Assembly: GCA_964528215.1 (NCBI GenBank)
Contig: CAZGSA010000002.1
Location: 1-34,561 of the forward strand
Origin: Candidatus Woesearchaeota archaeon
GTDB lineage: Archaea > Nanobdellota > Nanobdellia > Pacearchaeales > GW2011-AR1
DNA length: 34,561 nt
Direction of reading: 5' to 3'
The position numbers were made by a program, and so were the translations under genes. Of the stretch, positions 8,066 through 17,654 are shown piece after piece. The notes below the pieces were generated by a model. It worked only from the letters and a program-made list of their open reading frames with translations. It was not told the DNA's origin and ran no database searches. Position 1 is the first letter of the stretch, and every line of letters begins with the position of its first letter.

Positions 8066-9570
8066 TTTAATATTCTTTTAACAACCTTCACATTTTTATC
8101 TATAGCATCTTCTTCTTGAGCCTGTTTTGTTCTCTCTCTTGTGTTCTTAACCCAATTTTTATAAAAATCATCTTTTTTAATAGAATGTTCTATTAATTTA
8201 ACAAATTGTTCAGGGTTATTTACTAATTTTGCAATGTCCCATTTAATTAATTCAGAAATATTTTCCCACCCATCTAGTTTTAAAATGGCAGTAGGTTTTC
8301 CAACACTAATTGCTTCATAATGTGTGCTAGAGAAAATACTCGCATGAAAATCAGAATTAAGAAAATGATTATATAGATTAAGCGCCTGAGGATGAATAAT
8401 CATTAAGCTATTATATTCTTGCTTTAACTTCATCCATCCTTTCAACCCTTGTTTTGATTCTCCAGGGTGAAGTTTGACTGTTATTCTTACATTGATATTT
8501 TTTTGCTTTAAGATTAATAAGACTTCTTTAACAAATTTTATTAAAGATTTAGGATTTCCACCAACAGAGGTTATAAAAATATTCTCAAACACCCCATCTT
8601 CTTTATGCATTTCTTTTGCCAATTTTTTCCAGAAATCAATTCTACACCCTCCAACACTAATTAATTCATTTTTATTTCTAAAACTATTTTTTAATAAAAC
8701 TTCATTCCAGTACTTTCCATAGGTCAGTATGTAATCTGGAATAGGATACTTGTTTTTGTATTTATTTAAATGTTTTCCATAGATATATCCAAAATGGTCT
8801 TTGTAAATTATTCCATGCTGAAGTTCAATAACCTTGACACCAGCTTCTTTAACCCCTGCAACCATAGCCTCTAGACCATAGGAAGCAAATAACATAAAAA
8901 TTTTAGGATTTATTTTTTCACACAATTCTCTATAAACTTGTTTAATCTTAAAAAATCTAATAATCTGCCTTTCAAAATCATTTTCAATAAAATTAATTAG
9001 TTTATCAATATCTTTCAAGCCTTTTTTTCTTTTCAAATCTTTCAACTCGTTGATAATATCCTTTTTTATTTTAATTAAATGATTTTTATCAATATAAACT
9101 TTTTTCAAAAATGCTTTTAATCTTAATCCTTCTGAAAAATAACCCACCCTTGTTAAAGTTGGTTTAAAATGTTTTTTCCTGCCTAAATCCTCCATAACTC
9201 CTAAATCTTCAATAACAAAATATTTCAAATCAGAATTAGTGATAATATCATCAAAATAAACATCTTTATATTTATTATTTATAAAATCTCTTTTTGCATC
9301 TGTAGTTGTCCTAACTAAAACATCATAATAATCTTTGGTATAGGGTATAAACCCATAAGCAACATAACTCTTCAATATTCTAAGTAAATTTGGGAATCTT
9401 TTAATTAAATATATGATTCTCTTTTTCTTGCCAAATTCCCGCCCTAATAAACTAAACGCAATCCTTGTTCTTAAAATACCCCAAATATTCCAATTCTCGA
9501 TTTCATACTCAGGAATTTTAGTATTTTTTTCAATAATTTCAAATAATTGCATAACTTGTTTACTATCCAT
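8062..9570 (-). CDS. GT-B fold transferase, paralog of 6563..8065 (HP motif); specificity unknown
   Basis: 502 aa. Motifs are IELQHGIIY, VKLHPGESKQ and HASIFSSTHYEAISVG, in the same order and spacing as the downstream paralog. Confidence 0.6.
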   Translation of the reverse strand: MDSKQVMQLFEIIEKNTKIPEYEIENWNIWGILRTRIAFSLLGREFGKKKRIIYLIKRFPNLLRILKSYVAYGFIPYTKDYYDVLVRTTTDAKRDFINNKYKDVYFDDIITNSDLKYFVIEDLGVMEDLGRKKHFKPTLTRVGYFSEGLRLKAFLKKVYIDKNHLIKIKKDIINELKDLKRKKGLKDIDKLINFIENDFERQIIRFFKIKQVYRELCEKINPKIFMLFASYGLEAMVAGVKEAGVKVIELQHGIIYKDHFGYIYGKHLNKYKNKYPIPDYILTYGKYWNEVLLKNSFRNKNELISVGGCRIDFWKKLAKEMHKEDGVFENIFITSVGGNPKSLIKFVKEVLLILKQKNINVRITVKLHPGESKQGLKGWMKLKQEYNSLMIIHPQALNLYNHFLNSDFHASIFSSTHYEAISVGKPTAILKLDGWENISELIKWDIAKLVNNPEQFVKLIEHSIKKDDFYKNWVKNTRERTKQAQEEDAIDKNVKVVKRILK

Positions 9571-9579
9571 TATAATTTT

Positions 9580-10695
9580 TTATAACTCCTCAAAAAAGTT
9601 TTTTATCTTTTCAATAACATAATCCTGTTGCTCACTTGTTAACTTAACAAAAATTGGAATACTGATAACTTGTTCATAAAATTCTTCTGCTTTTGGACAT
9701 AAACCTTTTTTATAACCTAATTTTTCATAATAAGGGTGCCAGTATACCGGAATATAATGAATTTGACAATTGATATTATTCTCTTTTAAATATTCAAACA
9801 ATTTTCTCCTAATTTCTTTATTTTTAACTTTAATAACATAAAGATGATAAGAGCTAAACTGCTCAGGGGTTTCTTTTAAAAAATTAATATCCGGATTCTT
9901 TGTAAAAACTAGATTATAATGTTTAGCAACATCCCTTCTTTTATTAATGAATCTTTCTATTTTTTTTAACTGGCTTATGCCTAAGGCACACTGAAAATCA
10001 GTTATCCTATAATTATAACCCAACTCTACCATCTCATAATACCAAGGTTCTTTATCTGATTTTTCAATGCCATGATTTCTCAATTTTAATAATTTTTCAT
10101 ATAATTGTTTTGAATTTGTTGTAATTATTCCACCTTCTCCAGTAGTTATATGTTTTACAGGGTGAAAACTAAAAACACACATATCAGAATATGCGCAGTT
10201 GCCAATCATATTTTCTTTATATTTACCTCCAAGGGCATGACAAGCATCCTCAATAATAACTAGTTTATGTTTATCTGCTGTCTGCTTAATCTTTTCCATA
10301 TTGCAAGCAAGACCTGTATAATGGACAGGGATAATGATTTTTGTTTTTTTATTAATAACATTTTCAATTTTTTCTTCATTAATCAGCCCATTTTCTTTGA
10401 TATCAACAAAAATAGGCTTAGCATTGCAGTATAATGCACAATTTGCAGATGCAGCAAAAGTCATAGGACTTGTGATAAGTTCATTATCTTTTTTTAATCC
10501 TGCAGCCAGACAAGCTAGATGAAGTGCAGCAGTTCCACTACTTACAGCAACAGCATATTTACAACCAACAAATCTACAGATATCTTGCTCAAATTCTTGA
10601 ACCTTTGGGCCTGTTGTTAAAAAATCACTCTTTAAAGTTTCAACAACTTCTCTAATATCTTCATTATTAATCGCTTGTCTTCCATATGAAATCAT
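9580..10695 (-). CDS. pseC: DegT/DnrJ/EryC1-family PLP aminotransferase, PseC-like (UDP-4-amino-4,6-dideoxy-N-acetyl-beta-L-altrosamine transaminase)
   Basis: The N-terminus is MISYGRQAINNEDIREVVETLKSDFLTTGPKVQEFE, which matches the PseC signature. FSFHPVKHITTGEGG contains the PLP lysine. It lies directly downstream of pseB. The track start GTG at 10707 remains possible, but the ATG at 10695 gives the canonical N-terminus. Confidence 0.85.
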   Translation of the reverse strand: MISYGRQAINNEDIREVVETLKSDFLTTGPKVQEFEQDICRFVGCKYAVAVSSGTAALHLACLAAGLKKDNELITSPMTFAASANCALYCNAKPIFVDIKENGLINEEKIENVINKKTKIIIPVHYTGLACNMEKIKQTADKHKLVIIEDACHALGGKYKENMIGNCAYSDMCVFSFHPVKHITTGEGGIITTNSKQLYEKLLKLRNHGIEKSDKEPWYYEMVELGYNYRITDFQCALGISQLKKIERFINKRRDVAKHYNLVFTKNPDINFLKETPEQFSSYHLYVIKVKNKEIRRKLFEYLKENNINCQIHYIPVYWHPYYEKLGYKKGLCPKAEEFYEQVISIPIFVKLTSEQQDYVIEKIKNFFEEL

Positions 10696-10710
10696 ATTTA
10701 AAATCACACC

Positions 10711-11727
10711 CTATAAATTTAGTGTTTCAAGAATTTGCTTTAGTTCTTCCTTAGATACAACACAATCTCTTGAACTATACTCTTTTATAAAATTTTCATC
10801 TAATTTTTTCCCCACCCTTATATACTCTGGAGGCAAAATATGAGAAATAAATTTTTCCAAAATACAGGAATTAATAACATATAAATTATTAAATTCATAA
10901 GTTTTCAAAATCTCTGTATCATTAATCATTAATTCATGGATTTTTTCTCCAGGCCTAATTCCTATAATTTTTGTTTCATTATTAGAATTAAATCTATATT
11001 TTAAAATTTCTGCTAAATCTGTTATTTTCATTGAAGGAAGTTTTGGAACAAAAACCTCTCCTCCAATTCCATATCTTAATGCACTAAAAATTAATTGAAC
11101 AGCTTGAGAAGGACTAATAATAAACCGAGTCATTCTAGAATCTGTAACAGGAATATCCTCTTTATTTTTAATTTTATTAATAAAAAAAGGAATAACAGAC
11201 CCAGTGCTTTCTAAAACATTCCCATATCTAACCACTGTAAATATTGTTTTTGCATTTCCTTTATTATAATTACTTTCTGTAAAGATTCTCTCACTAACAA
11301 ATTTGCAGGCACCATAAGTGTTTATAGGAGAGCAAGCCTTGTCTGTTGAAATAAAAACAACTTTTTCAACATCAGCTTCTAAACAAGAATGAATAACATT
11401 CATAGTCCCAAGAATATTAGTTTTAATAGCTTCTTCAACATTATACTCAATCATATCAATTCTTTTTAAAGCAGCAGCATGTATAACAATATCTGCTCCC
11501 CTAACTGCTTTTAATAATCTTGGATAATCTCTAACATCTCCAATAAAATTTTTAATTTTTGGATGATTATTAAACATCTCCTGAACATGATGGTGTTTAA
11601 CTTCATCTCTGCTAAATAACCTAATCCCCTTGGGTTCATATTTTAATATTTCTCTAACAAGGGCTCTGCCTAAAAATCCTGTCCCACCAGTTATAAGGAT
11701 AGTTTTATCTTTTATTATATCAAACAT
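10711..11727 (-). CDS. pseB: UDP-N-acetylglucosamine 4,6-dehydratase (inverting), PseB/FlaA1-like
   Basis: ILITGGTGFLG is the Rossmann motif. FIGDVRDYPRLLKAVRGADIVIHAAALKRIDMIEYNVEEAIKTNILGT and ISTDKACSPINTYGACKFVSE give the SDR catalytic YxxxK. At 338 aa the length is typical. Confidence 0.9.
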   Translation of the reverse strand: MFDIIKDKTILITGGTGFLGRALVREILKYEPKGIRLFSRDEVKHHHVQEMFNNHPKIKNFIGDVRDYPRLLKAVRGADIVIHAAALKRIDMIEYNVEEAIKTNILGTMNVIHSCLEADVEKVVFISTDKACSPINTYGACKFVSERIFTESNYNKGNAKTIFTVVRYGNVLESTGSVIPFFINKIKNKEDIPVTDSRMTRFIISPSQAVQLIFSALRYGIGGEVFVPKLPSMKITDLAEILKYRFNSNNETKIIGIRPGEKIHELMINDTEILKTYEFNNLYVINSCILEKFISHILPPEYIRVGKKLDENFIKEYSSRDCVVSKEELKQILETLNL

Positions 11728-11892
11728 AGTAAAAACACAAGATATAATGCTTTTAAAAAACTTTCTTACTTATCTTGTAATATATATAATTTAGAGCATA
11801 TAATCTAATTCATAGATATATTTTATATACTCCTTTTTCTGTAAGGAATATTAGTAATATTCCCCAAGACAAGCTAAACAAACAACATCAGA

Positions 11893-11944
11893 TTAATCAA
11901 ACTAATAAATCCCCTTCAAAAAACAAATAATTGGAAATTATCAG
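11893..11944 (+). repeat. Intergenic motif copy (degenerate alpha type)
   Basis: ttaatcaaactaataaatccccttcaaaaaacaaataattggaaattatcag. It shares the TTAATCAA head, the CTTCAAAAAAC core and the ATTAT tail with other copies. It sits just 5' of a TATA-like CAGTATAAA. Confidence 0.45.
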
Positions 11945-11952
11945 TATAAATT
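11944..11952 (+). promoter_or_regulatory. Candidate archaeal TATA box for the pseI-pseH gene
   Basis: GTATAAATT lies about 33 nt upstream of the ATG at 11985. That fits a TATA box near -26 and a leader of about 10 nt. The same CAGTATA(T)AAA context occurs at 22251-22264. The call is sequence-only. Confidence 0.3.
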
Positions 11953-11984
11953 GAATAAAAAATATTAATAAAAAAATAATCAAA

Positions 11985-13493
11985 ATGGAACCTACATTTA
12001 TAATTGCAGAAGCAGGCTCAAATTTTAGGATTTCAGATAATCCTAATATTAATTATCAGCAGGCATTGAGATTAATAAATACAGCAGTAGAAACAGGGGC
12101 AGATGCAATAAAATTCCAATTATTTAAAGCAAGCAAGTTGTATTCAAAAAATGCAGGAACTGCAGATTATTTAGAAAAAGAAAAGACAATCTATGAGATA
12201 ATCCAAGAATCAGAGCTCCCTCCATACTGGCTTAAAAAATTAAAATTATACTGCGATGAAAAAGGAATCATGTTTTTATGCACTCCTTTTGATGAACAAG
12301 CCGTAGATGAATTAGAAAAAATAAATATAATGATGTATAAGATAGCTTCTTACTCAATAACAAATATACCTTTGCTAAAGAAGATTGCAAGACTAAAAAA
12401 GCCAATACTTTTATCAACAGGCGCTTCAACAATAGAAGATATTGAAATAGCAGTAAATGCAATCAAAGCAGAGGGAAATAACCAGATAACTCTCTTGCAA
12501 TGCACTGCAAAATATCCAACCCCCCTCTACTCAGTTAATCTAAAATCAATCCCTTTTTTAAAAGAAAGATTTAATCTTAATGTCGGATTATCAGACCATT
12601 CAAAAAATCCAATAATTGCCCCCCTTGGAGCAGTTGCTTTAGGTGCAAGTGTAATTGAAAAACATTTTACTACAGATAATAATTTAAAAGGGCCTGACCA
12701 AAGATTTGGAATCACACCCACTGAATTAGGATTTATGGTAAAAAGTATAAGAGATTTAGAACAAGCATTAGGGCAAAAAAATAAAAAAGTTCTTGATGAA
12801 GAAAAAGAACTTTATGATTTCTGCAAAAATATTATTTATGCTTCTAAAAATATAATCCTAGGAGAGAATTTTTCAAAAGATAATCTGATTATTTTAAGAA
12901 AAGGAAAAGAAAAAGCAGGATTAGAAGCAAGGTATTTTGAAAAGATTTTAAATCAACAAGTAAAGAGAAATATACAAGAATCCGAACCAATTTTAGAACA
13001 AGATTTAGAAAAACAAGATTTAGCAAATTCATATGGTATTGAATTTAGAACTGCAACAATTGATGATATGACTGATTTGTTTAATTGGAGAAATGATGAA
13101 GAAACTCGTAAAAACTCTTTGAATACAGAGCAAATAACTCTTGAACAACACAAAAAATGGTTTGAAAAATCTCTAAAAAATCAAGATAGAGAAATTTTTA
13201 TTATTTCTGATAGACAGACTAATAAATCAATTGGAACAATCAGATTTGACAAAAGACCAGAAGGTTTTTCAGTAGTTAGCCTTAATGTTTCACCAATTCA
13301 TAGAGGAAAAGGTTATGGCACTAAAATCCTCAAACTTCTTTCAAATTATTATTTAAAAAACAATCCAAAAACATATTATATAATGGCAAATATAAAACCA
13401 TTTAATATATTTTCAATAAAAGCATTTGAAAAAGCAGGTTATAAAAAAATTAGAGAATTTGAAGATAAAATAGAATACCATTTTACAATTTAA
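11985..13493 (+). CDS. pseI/pseH: Fusion of a NeuB-family nonulosonate synthase (PseI/SpsE-like, with SAF domain) to a C-terminal GNAT N-acetyltransferase (PseH-like)
   Basis: The synthase part has FIIAEAGSNF, GADAIKFQ, YKIASY, PILLSTGAS, LLQCTAKYP, VGLSDHS, VIEKHFT and GPDQRF. The SAF-like segment is IYASKNIILGENFSKDNLIILRKG. The GNAT part starts at about nt 13032 with FRTATIDDMTDLFNWRNDEETRKNSLNTEQITLEQHKKWFEKSL and has VSPIHRGKGYGTKIL as the acetyl-CoA loop. Confidence 0.85.
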   Translation: MEPTFIIAEAGSNFRISDNPNINYQQALRLINTAVETGADAIKFQLFKASKLYSKNAGTADYLEKEKTIYEIIQESELPPYWLKKLKLYCDEKGIMFLCTPFDEQAVDELEKINIMMYKIASYSITNIPLLKKIARLKKPILLSTGASTIEDIEIAVNAIKAEGNNQITLLQCTAKYPTPLYSVNLKSIPFLKERFNLNVGLSDHSKNPIIAPLGAVALGASVIEKHFTTDNNLKGPDQRFGITPTELGFMVKSIRDLEQALGQKNKKVLDEEKELYDFCKNIIYASKNIILGENFSKDNLIILRKGKEKAGLEARYFEKILNQQVKRNIQESEPILEQDLEKQDLANSYGIEFRTATIDDMTDLFNWRNDEETRKNSLNTEQITLEQHKKWFEKSLKNQDREIFIISDRQTNKSIGTIRFDKRPEGFSVVSLNVSPIHRGKGYGTKILKLLSNYYLKNNPKTYYIMANIKPFNIFSIKAFEKAGYKKIREFEDKIEYHFTI

Positions 13494-13648
13494 AGAAATA
13501 TTAGAGAAAATAATAAGTTAAACATCAATAACAATTCTTACATACTCATTATCTCAACTTCATAAAATAAATTATTTGAAAATATAGATAGTAAATCTTA
13601 TCTTTTTAAACAAAGAAATGTTTTAATTTAAAAAAGAGTTATATCTTT

Positions 13649-16600
13649 TCACCTCTTAAAAACAGGCTCAAATCTTCTACCCTTAATTAATCCTTCAACA
13701 TTATTTCTATCAACAGCTTTTTTAACTTCATCTAGGGCAAAATCAACAGCTTTAACAAATTTATCAACATCTTCTTTTGTATGCGCCAAACAAAAATTAT
13801 TAATTCCAACACTTAATATTCCATTTTCTATCAAAGTTTGTTGATAAACAGAAAAAAAATCTTTACTGCTTAAATTTTTATAATCCTTGAATATAACCCC
13901 ACAATGAGGAGAAATTCCATAAATCTCTACAACTTCTTGAAGATTTTTATTATTAATTAGTTCTCTGACTTTATTTTTCCATCTATCTCCTAGTGCAATT
14001 ATATGTTCCATATTTCCTTTACCTTCTAAAATTTCAATTACTTCAAGAGCAGAAACTAAACCTATGGTTTCTCCACCAAATGTAGTTGATATGAAAGCAC
14101 CTTTATCAATTAACTTCATAATGTCCTTTTTTCCAACAACAGCAGATATAGATGCCCCATTTCCAATTCCTTTTCCAAAAGCACTCAAATCTGGAATAAC
14201 TTCATATAATTTTTGAGCACCGCCTAAATCAGATCTAAATCCAGACACAACTTCATCAAAAATTAAAACACAATTATTTTCAAAACATAATTTTTTAACT
14301 TCTTCTAAAAAACCTTCTTTTGGCCCATTTGCCTGAAGAGGTTCAAGTATTACACAGGCAACTTCATTTTTATTTTCATTAAATATCCTTTTCAAAGATT
14401 CAATATCATTATATGGAAAAGTCTTTGTTAATCTTTTGATGTCTAAAGGTATTCCTAAATCATTGTCTGTTGTTCCAATATACCAGTCATGATATCCATG
14501 ATAACCGCAACAAGCAATTATGTTTTTCTTTGTATATGCTCTAGCTAGTCTAATGCAAGCTGTTGTTGCATCACTACCATTTTTAACAAACTTAACCATC
14601 TCAGCACTGGGGATTATCCCAATAAGTTTTTCTGCTAGCTTAACTTCTAGTTCAGTAGGCATAGAAAAGCTAATTCCTTTTTCTAATTGTTCTTTAATCT
14701 TATTATTAATTTTATCATTATTATAACCAATTGTAACAGCTCCTAACCCAAGAATAAAATCAAGATAAGAGTTTTCATCAACATCCCAGACCCTACCTCC
14801 CTTACCTTTTTCTAAAAAACTAACATCTCCACAAAAATAATTATAACTTTTACTATAAGTTTGTGAAGCAGTTGGAATTATTTTTTTTGCTTTTTCTAGT
14901 AACTCTTTATTCTTCTTAAAACTCTTTTTCTCTGATATCCTACTAACTGATTCTGCTTGCTCACCATACCTTAGGTTATCAGATGTAGCTTCTGTTATTT
15001 TCTCACCTTTTATATTGTCTTCTCTTAAAGATTTCTCATAACCTTCATTTCTGCCAAACTTCTGATTAATTTTTTCTAAATCTGGATTTTCTCTTAAAAC
15101 TCTTAAAACATTTTGAATATTTATTTCTTCATCCCTTAATTTTTCAATAATAGCTTTAATAAAATCAAAATCAGATTGTTCATCCAATGTCCACCTCATG
15201 TGGTTTAAATCTTCAGAATGTGCTATATTTAGAATTTTAAATAAATCTTTATTTTTCCAGATATAGGGAGTAACATGCTGTCTTTCAGAAGGTAATCTTG
15301 CTTCTCTCCATGCTTTTTCTAATGCATTAAATGAAAAAACTTCAACATCCAATCCATCTGGATAAGTTGGAGGGTGAATATTGCTGCTATAATCTATAGG
15401 ATTATTTAAAAAATTTTTTATAACTTTATCAATAACCTCTGAATCATGTAACGGACAATCTCCTGTTAATCTCACAACAATCATATTCTCTTTTTCATTA
15501 TCCTTAATTTGATTTTTTACAGCTTGATACACCCTATCTAAAACATCTTCTTCACTTCCTGCAAAACTCTTAATTCCCTGTTGCCCCGCAATTTCTAGTA
15601 ATTTATTTTCTTCTTCAGAATCTACTGTTGCTAAAATTATTTCATTAATTAATTTAGATTTTTTTGCAGCATTGACAATATAGGAAATCACTGGTTTTTC
15701 ATTTATCAACTTTAACATCTTTCCAGGAAGCCTGCTTCCGCCAGCTCTTGCTTGAATTACTGCAATTATCTTTTTATTTTGATTCATTTTAGTTTTTTCA
15801 TTTATCTTAGATAAAGGGTCATATTTTATATTTTTCCAATATGGAATTTCAGTCCAATTCATTGGAAGAATAATCTTTTCATTATCTTCTCTTAACCATA
15901 ATAATCTATTATATACTTTTTTAACTTTTTCCCTATCATTTAAACTATCTAAATTTTGTTTTAGATTTTCTAAACTATTCACACCAATAATTATCTTGTC
16001 TATATTTTCATTTGAATAAACAAAATTTAGTAATAAACTTGCTAAACTTATATTAAGCTCTTCTGCAATTTGTCTTAATTTTATTATTTTTGGTTTGATT
16101 ATATAGAATCTTTTATCTTTTTCAATTTCCTCAGAACTTTTAAAAAGAAGTCCTTGTAAAAAAACAGATCTAACCTGGATTTCAATGTCTTTTTGTTTTA
16201 ATCTTCTAAATAAATATCCAAATCTTTGGTCAAAAACACTAAAAGGTAATTGGATAACATCAAAATCAACATTATTATCTAAAAGATATTCCACTTCTCC
16301 AGGATAATAAGCAGAAAATCCAATTTTTTCAATTTTTCCTTCTTTTTTCAATTTTTTCAAGACTTCAATTGTAGTAGGATTTTCTAAAAATTTTTCAAAA
16401 TCATGAATTATATATGTATGAATTTTATTTATATTTAATTTTTTTAATAATTCTTTTTCTATCTTTTCAGCATCCATTGTATGGATTTTTGAGATAATCT
16501 TTAAACCAGAATTTTTATTTTTAATATAACTCCCAACTACTTCAAGACTTTCCCCATAATTTTCTGCACTATCAATAAATTCAATTCCATTTTCAAGAGC

Positions 16601-16702
16601 AAAATCTAGAATTTTAAAGGCTTCTTGCAAGGGTATTTTGCCTTGTTTATTATTAATACCATAATCAAGCCCAAATTGAGCACTTCCCAAAACAATCTTC
16701 AT
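13649..16702 (-). CDS. Three-domain fusion: aldo-keto reductase + SpsF-type cytidylyltransferase + class III (glutamate-1-semialdehyde aminomutase-like) PLP aminotransferase
   Basis: The AKR domain (nt ~15840-16702) has MKIVLGSAQFGLDYGI, DSAENYGESLE and IIHDFE. The cytidylyltransferase domain (nt ~15040-15775) has IAVIQARAGGSRLPGKMLK, VRLTGDCPL and DYSSN. The aminotransferase domain (nt ~13652-14910) has IIPTASQTYSKS, GRVWDVDENSYLDFILGLGAVTIGY, FDEVVSGFR and SAFGKGIGNG with the PLP lysine. I prefer the ATG at 16702 over the GTG at 16720. Confidence 0.8.
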   Translation of the reverse strand: MKIVLGSAQFGLDYGINNKQGKIPLQEAFKILDFALENGIEFIDSAENYGESLEVVGSYIKNKNSGLKIISKIHTMDAEKIEKELLKKLNINKIHTYIIHDFEKFLENPTTIEVLKKLKKEGKIEKIGFSAYYPGEVEYLLDNNVDFDVIQLPFSVFDQRFGYLFRRLKQKDIEIQVRSVFLQGLLFKSSEEIEKDKRFYIIKPKIIKLRQIAEELNISLASLLLNFVYSNENIDKIIIGVNSLENLKQNLDSLNDREKVKKVYNRLLWLREDNEKIILPMNWTEIPYWKNIKYDPLSKINEKTKMNQNKKIIAVIQARAGGSRLPGKMLKLINEKPVISYIVNAAKKSKLINEIILATVDSEEENKLLEIAGQQGIKSFAGSEEDVLDRVYQAVKNQIKDNEKENMIVVRLTGDCPLHDSEVIDKVIKNFLNNPIDYSSNIHPPTYPDGLDVEVFSFNALEKAWREARLPSERQHVTPYIWKNKDLFKILNIAHSEDLNHMRWTLDEQSDFDFIKAIIEKLRDEEINIQNVLRVLRENPDLEKINQKFGRNEGYEKSLREDNIKGEKITEATSDNLRYGEQAESVSRISEKKSFKKNKELLEKAKKIIPTASQTYSKSYNYFCGDVSFLEKGKGGRVWDVDENSYLDFILGLGAVTIGYNNDKINNKIKEQLEKGISFSMPTELEVKLAEKLIGIIPSAEMVKFVKNGSDATTACIRLARAYTKKNIIACCGYHGYHDWYIGTTDNDLGIPLDIKRLTKTFPYNDIESLKRIFNENKNEVACVILEPLQANGPKEGFLEEVKKLCFENNCVLIFDEVVSGFRSDLGGAQKLYEVIPDLSAFGKGIGNGASISAVVGKKDIMKLIDKGAFISTTFGGETIGLVSALEVIEILEGKGNMEHIIALGDRWKNKVRELINNKNLQEVVEIYGISPHCGVIFKDYKNLSSKDFFSVYQQTLIENGILSVGINNFCLAHTKEDVDKFVKAVDFALDEVKKAVDRNNVEGLIKGRRFEPVFKR

Positions 16703-16726
16703 GAAAAAGATTAAAAACACTATTAT

Positions 16727-17653
16727 TTAAGCTTTTATATCTTTTATTTTTCTAATTGTAAATATTGGGCATATTTCATATCTTGCATTAGATTCATCAT
16801 AGTCTAAAGAATCTCTAACCCTCTTTAATGCTTCTTCAACATGCTCTTTTATAGTCTCATTTCTGGCATCATAATCACTAAAAAATTTAATTCCACCCTT
16901 GCATACTTCCCCAATCATCTCTTTAGTAATCTCCATTCTAGATTCTCTATATCTCTCAAAATTAAACCCTGAATCTTCAATAGTCTTTTTAACATGACTA
17001 AAATTATATTTCTTTCTTTCTTTATCTTTTTGGAATTTTCCCTTAGTTAATTTTTCTAAAATCTCAAAAAATTTAGTATAATAAGGATTTAATATAAAAC
17101 TCTCTTGCGGATTTTCTACTTCAAATAGTGCAGAAGCTGATGAAAAAGTCACAAGCCCCCCGATATTTAATGATTTATTCATAGACCTAAATGCTATTGT
17201 TTGAGGATTTTCAAGCCAGTGAAAACCGGTTGTTGCAGCAATTTTATCTAATCTAAGTCCTTTTTTATGCAATTCTTCAGCACTTGAAAAAATAAAACTT
17301 GTTTTTGAATGATATTTTCTAGCTTCCCTATGCAAACCATCTAAAAAACTAATAGCTGCTTGAGAAAGCCCCCCACACCAATTTTTAAGATAATTTTCTT
17401 GAGAAAATACATCCATTGATAATCTAAACATAATATCAGAAGAGTCTATCCCATAAACATGTTCTATTTCAGGACAAGCCTCAAACATATGCTCAATAGA
17501 TTGCCCCCAATTAATACCTATATTACCTACAACCTCCCCTTTTTTTAAATCAAGATCTTTTATTTCTTCTTTTATTTGACTTTCACTACTTTCAAAAAAA
17601 ACTTCATACTCTAAATAAGGTTTCCAAAATTTATCAAAAAAATTAATACTCAT
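16727..17653 (-). CDS. Divergent class I methyltransferase-like protein, paralog of 17655..18674
   Basis: It has the Rossmann-type order VVGNIGINWGQS (atypical motif I), VYGIDSSD, IAATTGFHWLE and IGGLVTF. The C-terminus RYEICPIFTIRKIK parallels KYDIVPIFKSRKLK of the upstream paralog. Confidence 0.55.
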   Translation of the reverse strand: MSINFFDKFWKPYLEYEVFFESSESQIKEEIKDLDLKKGEVVGNIGINWGQSIEHMFEACPEIEHVYGIDSSDIMFRLSMDVFSQENYLKNWCGGLSQAAISFLDGLHREARKYHSKTSFIFSSAEELHKKGLRLDKIAATTGFHWLENPQTIAFRSMNKSLNIGGLVTFSSASALFEVENPQESFILNPYYTKFFEILEKLTKGKFQKDKERKKYNFSHVKKTIEDSGFNFERYRESRMEITKEMIGEVCKGGIKFFSDYDARNETIKEHVEEALKRVRDSLDYDESNARYEICPIFTIRKIKDIKA

Positions 17654-17654
17654 T

